Shown here in pieces: positions 62,076 to 64,000 of a DNA stretch of 64,000 nt (within the stretch, counting starts at the first letter, position 1; every line of letters begins with the position of its first letter). The stretch is taken from the NCBI GenBank assembly GCA_036257895.1, contig DATAES010000151.1:6373-70372 (forward strand). The letters are read 5' to 3'. A program made the translations under genes and the position numbers. Source of the stretch: Acidimicrobiales bacterium. Its GTDB lineage: Bacteria > Actinomycetota > Acidimicrobiia > Acidimicrobiales > JACDCH01. The notes under the pieces are model-generated. The model searched no databases, was not told the DNA's origin, and saw only the letters and a list, made by a program, of their open reading frames with translations.

Positions 62076-63470
62076 ATGGCGTCAAACCATGTCGTTGTGG
62101 ATGGTTCGAACATCGCGACCGAAGGACGCGCCTCGCCGAGTTTGCAACAACTCGACGAAGCAGTGCGCGCGTTGCTCGCGGAGTACGGCTATGAGCATGT
62201 GACTGTTGTCGTCGATGCAACCTTCGGTCATCGCATCGATGCAAAGGAAGTGAGTGCGTACGAAGAGGCTGTGCTGAACGGCGAACTGGTGACGCCGCCG
62301 GCGGGTGCGATCGGTCGCGGCGACGCGTTCGTCTTGCAGATCGCTGACCGCGCGAATGCCAATGTGTTCTCCAACGACTCGTTCCAGGAGTTCCACGGTG
62401 ACTATCCGTGGCTCTTCGACGAGGGACGCTTGATCGGCGGCAAGCCCGTCGCCAATGTCGGCTGGGTCTTCGTGTTGCGCGCTCCCGTGCGCGGCCCCGC
62501 CAGCCGCAGATCGCTTCGTGATGCGCGCAAGTCGACGAAGGCCAAGTCGACCCCTATCACGCCGCTGAAGACGCCCACCGGTAAGGCCACCCAGGCCGCC
62601 AAGGCCAGCCACGTCGGCAAGGTCACCCCGACCACTCAGGCCGCCAAGGCCACGAAGGCCACGAAGAAGGAGACGCCTTCGCCCGCCAAAGCAGCCAAGA
62701 AGGCTTCGCTGTCCGTCGCGCCGCCGTCGGATGAGCCGATTTCGGCGGCGCCGCGCCCCCGGCGCCGACGCTCGGGAGGACGTCGCGAGCCGATCAACGA
62801 CCAGCTCGTGTACCTGACGTTCGTCGTCGATCACCCGCTCGGCACGGTTGTCGAAGGAACAGTCGATCGCTTCTCGTCGCACGGTGCGTACGTGCACACC
62901 GGCGACGCGCAGTGTTACGTCCCGTTGCGCGAGCTCGGGGATCCACCACCGCGCAGTGCGCGCGAGGTACTGAATCTTGGCGAAACGCGCCCCTTTGTCG
63001 TGCATCGCTTCGATCCCGTTCGTCGAGGGATCGATGTGCTGCCCGTGATCGGAAGCGTCGCCGTGTCCGAAAGCGGCAGTGATGTCGCCGAGGCGGTCGC
63101 TGACGCGACCGGTAGTACCAACCAAACCACACACGCCGAGGAGGCGCACGTGTCCCCTGCAGCCAAGAAGGCCGGGCCCCGGAGACGGGCCGCGGCCAAG
63201 AAGGCTCCGGCCAGGAAGAAGAAGGCGACTGCGAAGCGGGCTCCGGCTCGTAAGAAGGCAGCCGCACGAAAGACAACCGCTCGGAAGAGCACTGCTCGCA
63301 AGAGCACTGCACGCAAGCGCACGGCCAAGAAGGCGACCAGGAAGAAGGCGCCCGCACGCAAGAAGGCCGCGGCCAAGCGGACAACTGCTCGGAAGAGCAC
63401 GAAGAAGGCGACGCGCAAGAGGGCTCCGGCCCGCAAGCGCGCCGTGAAGAGGACCGCCCGCAAGCGCTGA
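62076..63470 (+). CDS. NYN (Zc3h12a-like PIN) ribonuclease domain - S1-like domain - histone-H1-like Lys/Ala/Arg tail protein
   Basis: N-terminus: VVVDGSNIA..VTVVVDAT..GRGDAFVLQIADRANANVFSNDSFQEF. Middle: GTVVEGTVDRFSSHGAYVHTGDAQCYVPLRELG. C-terminus: about 100 aa of AAKKA/ARKK/TARKS repeats. Confidence 0.8.
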   Translation: MASNHVVVDGSNIATEGRASPSLQQLDEAVRALLAEYGYEHVTVVVDATFGHRIDAKEVSAYEEAVLNGELVTPPAGAIGRGDAFVLQIADRANANVFSNDSFQEFHGDYPWLFDEGRLIGGKPVANVGWVFVLRAPVRGPASRRSLRDARKSTKAKSTPITPLKTPTGKATQAAKASHVGKVTPTTQAAKATKATKKETPSPAKAAKKASLSVAPPSDEPISAAPRPRRRRSGGRREPINDQLVYLTFVVDHPLGTVVEGTVDRFSSHGAYVHTGDAQCYVPLRELGDPPPRSAREVLNLGETRPFVVHRFDPVRRGIDVLPVIGSVAVSESGSDVAEAVADATGSTNQTTHAEEAHVSPAAKKAGPRRRAAAKKAPARKKKATAKRAPARKKAAARKTTARKSTARKSTARKRTAKKATRKKAPARKKAAAKRTTARKSTKKATRKRAPARKRAVKRTARKR

Positions 63471-63486
63471 GGCGTACGGGTGCCCG

Positions 63487-64000
63487 TCATCGACCGGGCC
63501 CGGCCGGCACATCACCGGTCCGGGCCCGGAGGCGGGTGACCACACGTTCGAAGAACTCGCGAGGCTGTACCCCTGGCACGACGAACGAGTCGCCGAACAA
63601 CCACGCCGGAGTTGCGGCGATGCCGAGTTCGCGAGCGGACTCCATCGACGAGGCCACCGACCTCGCGCCCTCGCCCCCTTCGAGGGCTGCATCGACCTCG
63701 GTGGACGGCGCTCCGCTCTGTTCGACCAGCGTCGCCAGGATCTCGGGATCGCCGATGTCGAGTCCGGTCACGAAGTGCGCGTCGAACAGCGAATCGTCGA
63801 GCGCACGAAACGCTGCCGGCCACCGGCGCCGAACCACCTCGGCGGTGTCGAGTGCGCGACGGCTGTTCGGCACGAGCGCCGGTGCTCGGAACGGGATGCC
63901 GAGCTCGCGGCACTCCCGTCCGATCGAGGCATACACGGCGCTCAGCCGTCCTCGCGGGCTGACCCATCGCCCGTCTCGGGGCAACTCCGGATGCAACTCG
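63487..64000 (-). CDS. DsbA-like thioredoxin-fold oxidoreductase, C-terminal part; 5' end beyond the window
   Basis: ORF 63487..63996, and the frame stays open to the window edge (..ELHPELPRDG..). ARELGIAATPAWLF..VVPGVQPREFF. Confidence 0.7.
   Translation of the reverse strand, partial: ELHPELPRDGRWVSPRGRLSAVYASIGRECRELGIPFRAPALVPNSRRALDTAEVVRRRWPAAFRALDDSLFDAHFVTGLDIGDPEILATLVEQSGAPSTEVDAALEGGEGARSVASSMESARELGIAATPAWLFGDSFVVPGVQPREFFERVVTRLRARTGDVPAGPGR

Noticed and set aside
63130-63470. Repetitive aag/gcc/cgc-rich DNA resembling a minisatellite.
   Set aside because: It is in-frame coding sequence for the Lys/Ala/Arg tail of the NYN protein. The repeat units are irregular at the DNA level.
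1-64000. Searched for mobile elements, prophage or defence islands (integrase, transposase, restriction-modification, toxin-antitoxin, Cas) and for tRNA or rRNA genes.
   Set aside because: No ORF shows the corresponding signatures. All non-coding gaps are 225 bp or shorter, and none shows tRNA-like cloverleaf potential by eye.

Overview
Very GC-rich, gene-dense chromosomal segment with about 60 CDS on both strands; third codon positions are almost all G/C. The gene set looks actinobacterial: nucS, kgd with a fused E2-like domain, an LCP protein, WS/DGAT, an F420-type LLM oxidoreductase and an ECF sigma factor. I recognised no rRNA, tRNA, CRISPR array, transposase, integrase or phage gene.

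Most genes are ordinary lipid and acyl-CoA metabolism: 3 acyl-CoA dehydrogenases plus one ACAD-fold oxygenase, 3 crotonase-type enoyl-CoA hydratases, a MaoC hydratase, 5 SDRs, an acyl-CoA synthetase, a family III CoA-transferase and a P450. Housekeeping genes are also present: ettA, kgd, cysQ and cysD-cysN-cysC. Many neighbouring genes overlap by 4 nt (ATGA, GTGA or TTGA), which indicates operons.

Most interesting is the 24.2-31.0 kb locus.
- It encodes a soluble histidine kinase whose N-terminus is a complete ABC-transporter ATPase domain (NBD-GAF-GAF-HisKA-HATPase_c).
- The kinase is translationally coupled to a KdpE-like response regulator.
- Directly downstream lies a xylose/ribose-type sugar ABC importer whose own ATPase is a half-size, single-NBD paralogue of the kinase N-domain.

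Second, at least four families of structured intergenic repeats are not explained by any gene.
- A 51-bp palindrome-centred REP-like element occurs in 5 copies, with a 3-copy variant subfamily. Three CDS end inside copies.
- A twin 12-bp-palindrome element lies in the nucS/kinase intergenic region and again in-frame inside kgd.
- A 3 x 61 bp tandem repeat sits in a TetR divergent promoter.
- A 49-bp perfect hairpin has one half-copy elsewhere in the window.

Third, one protein combines a NYN (PIN-like) RNase domain, an S1-like domain and a histone-H1-like Lys/Ala/Arg tail.

All calls come from reading the ORF track and the sequence by eye. No HMM or database search was run.
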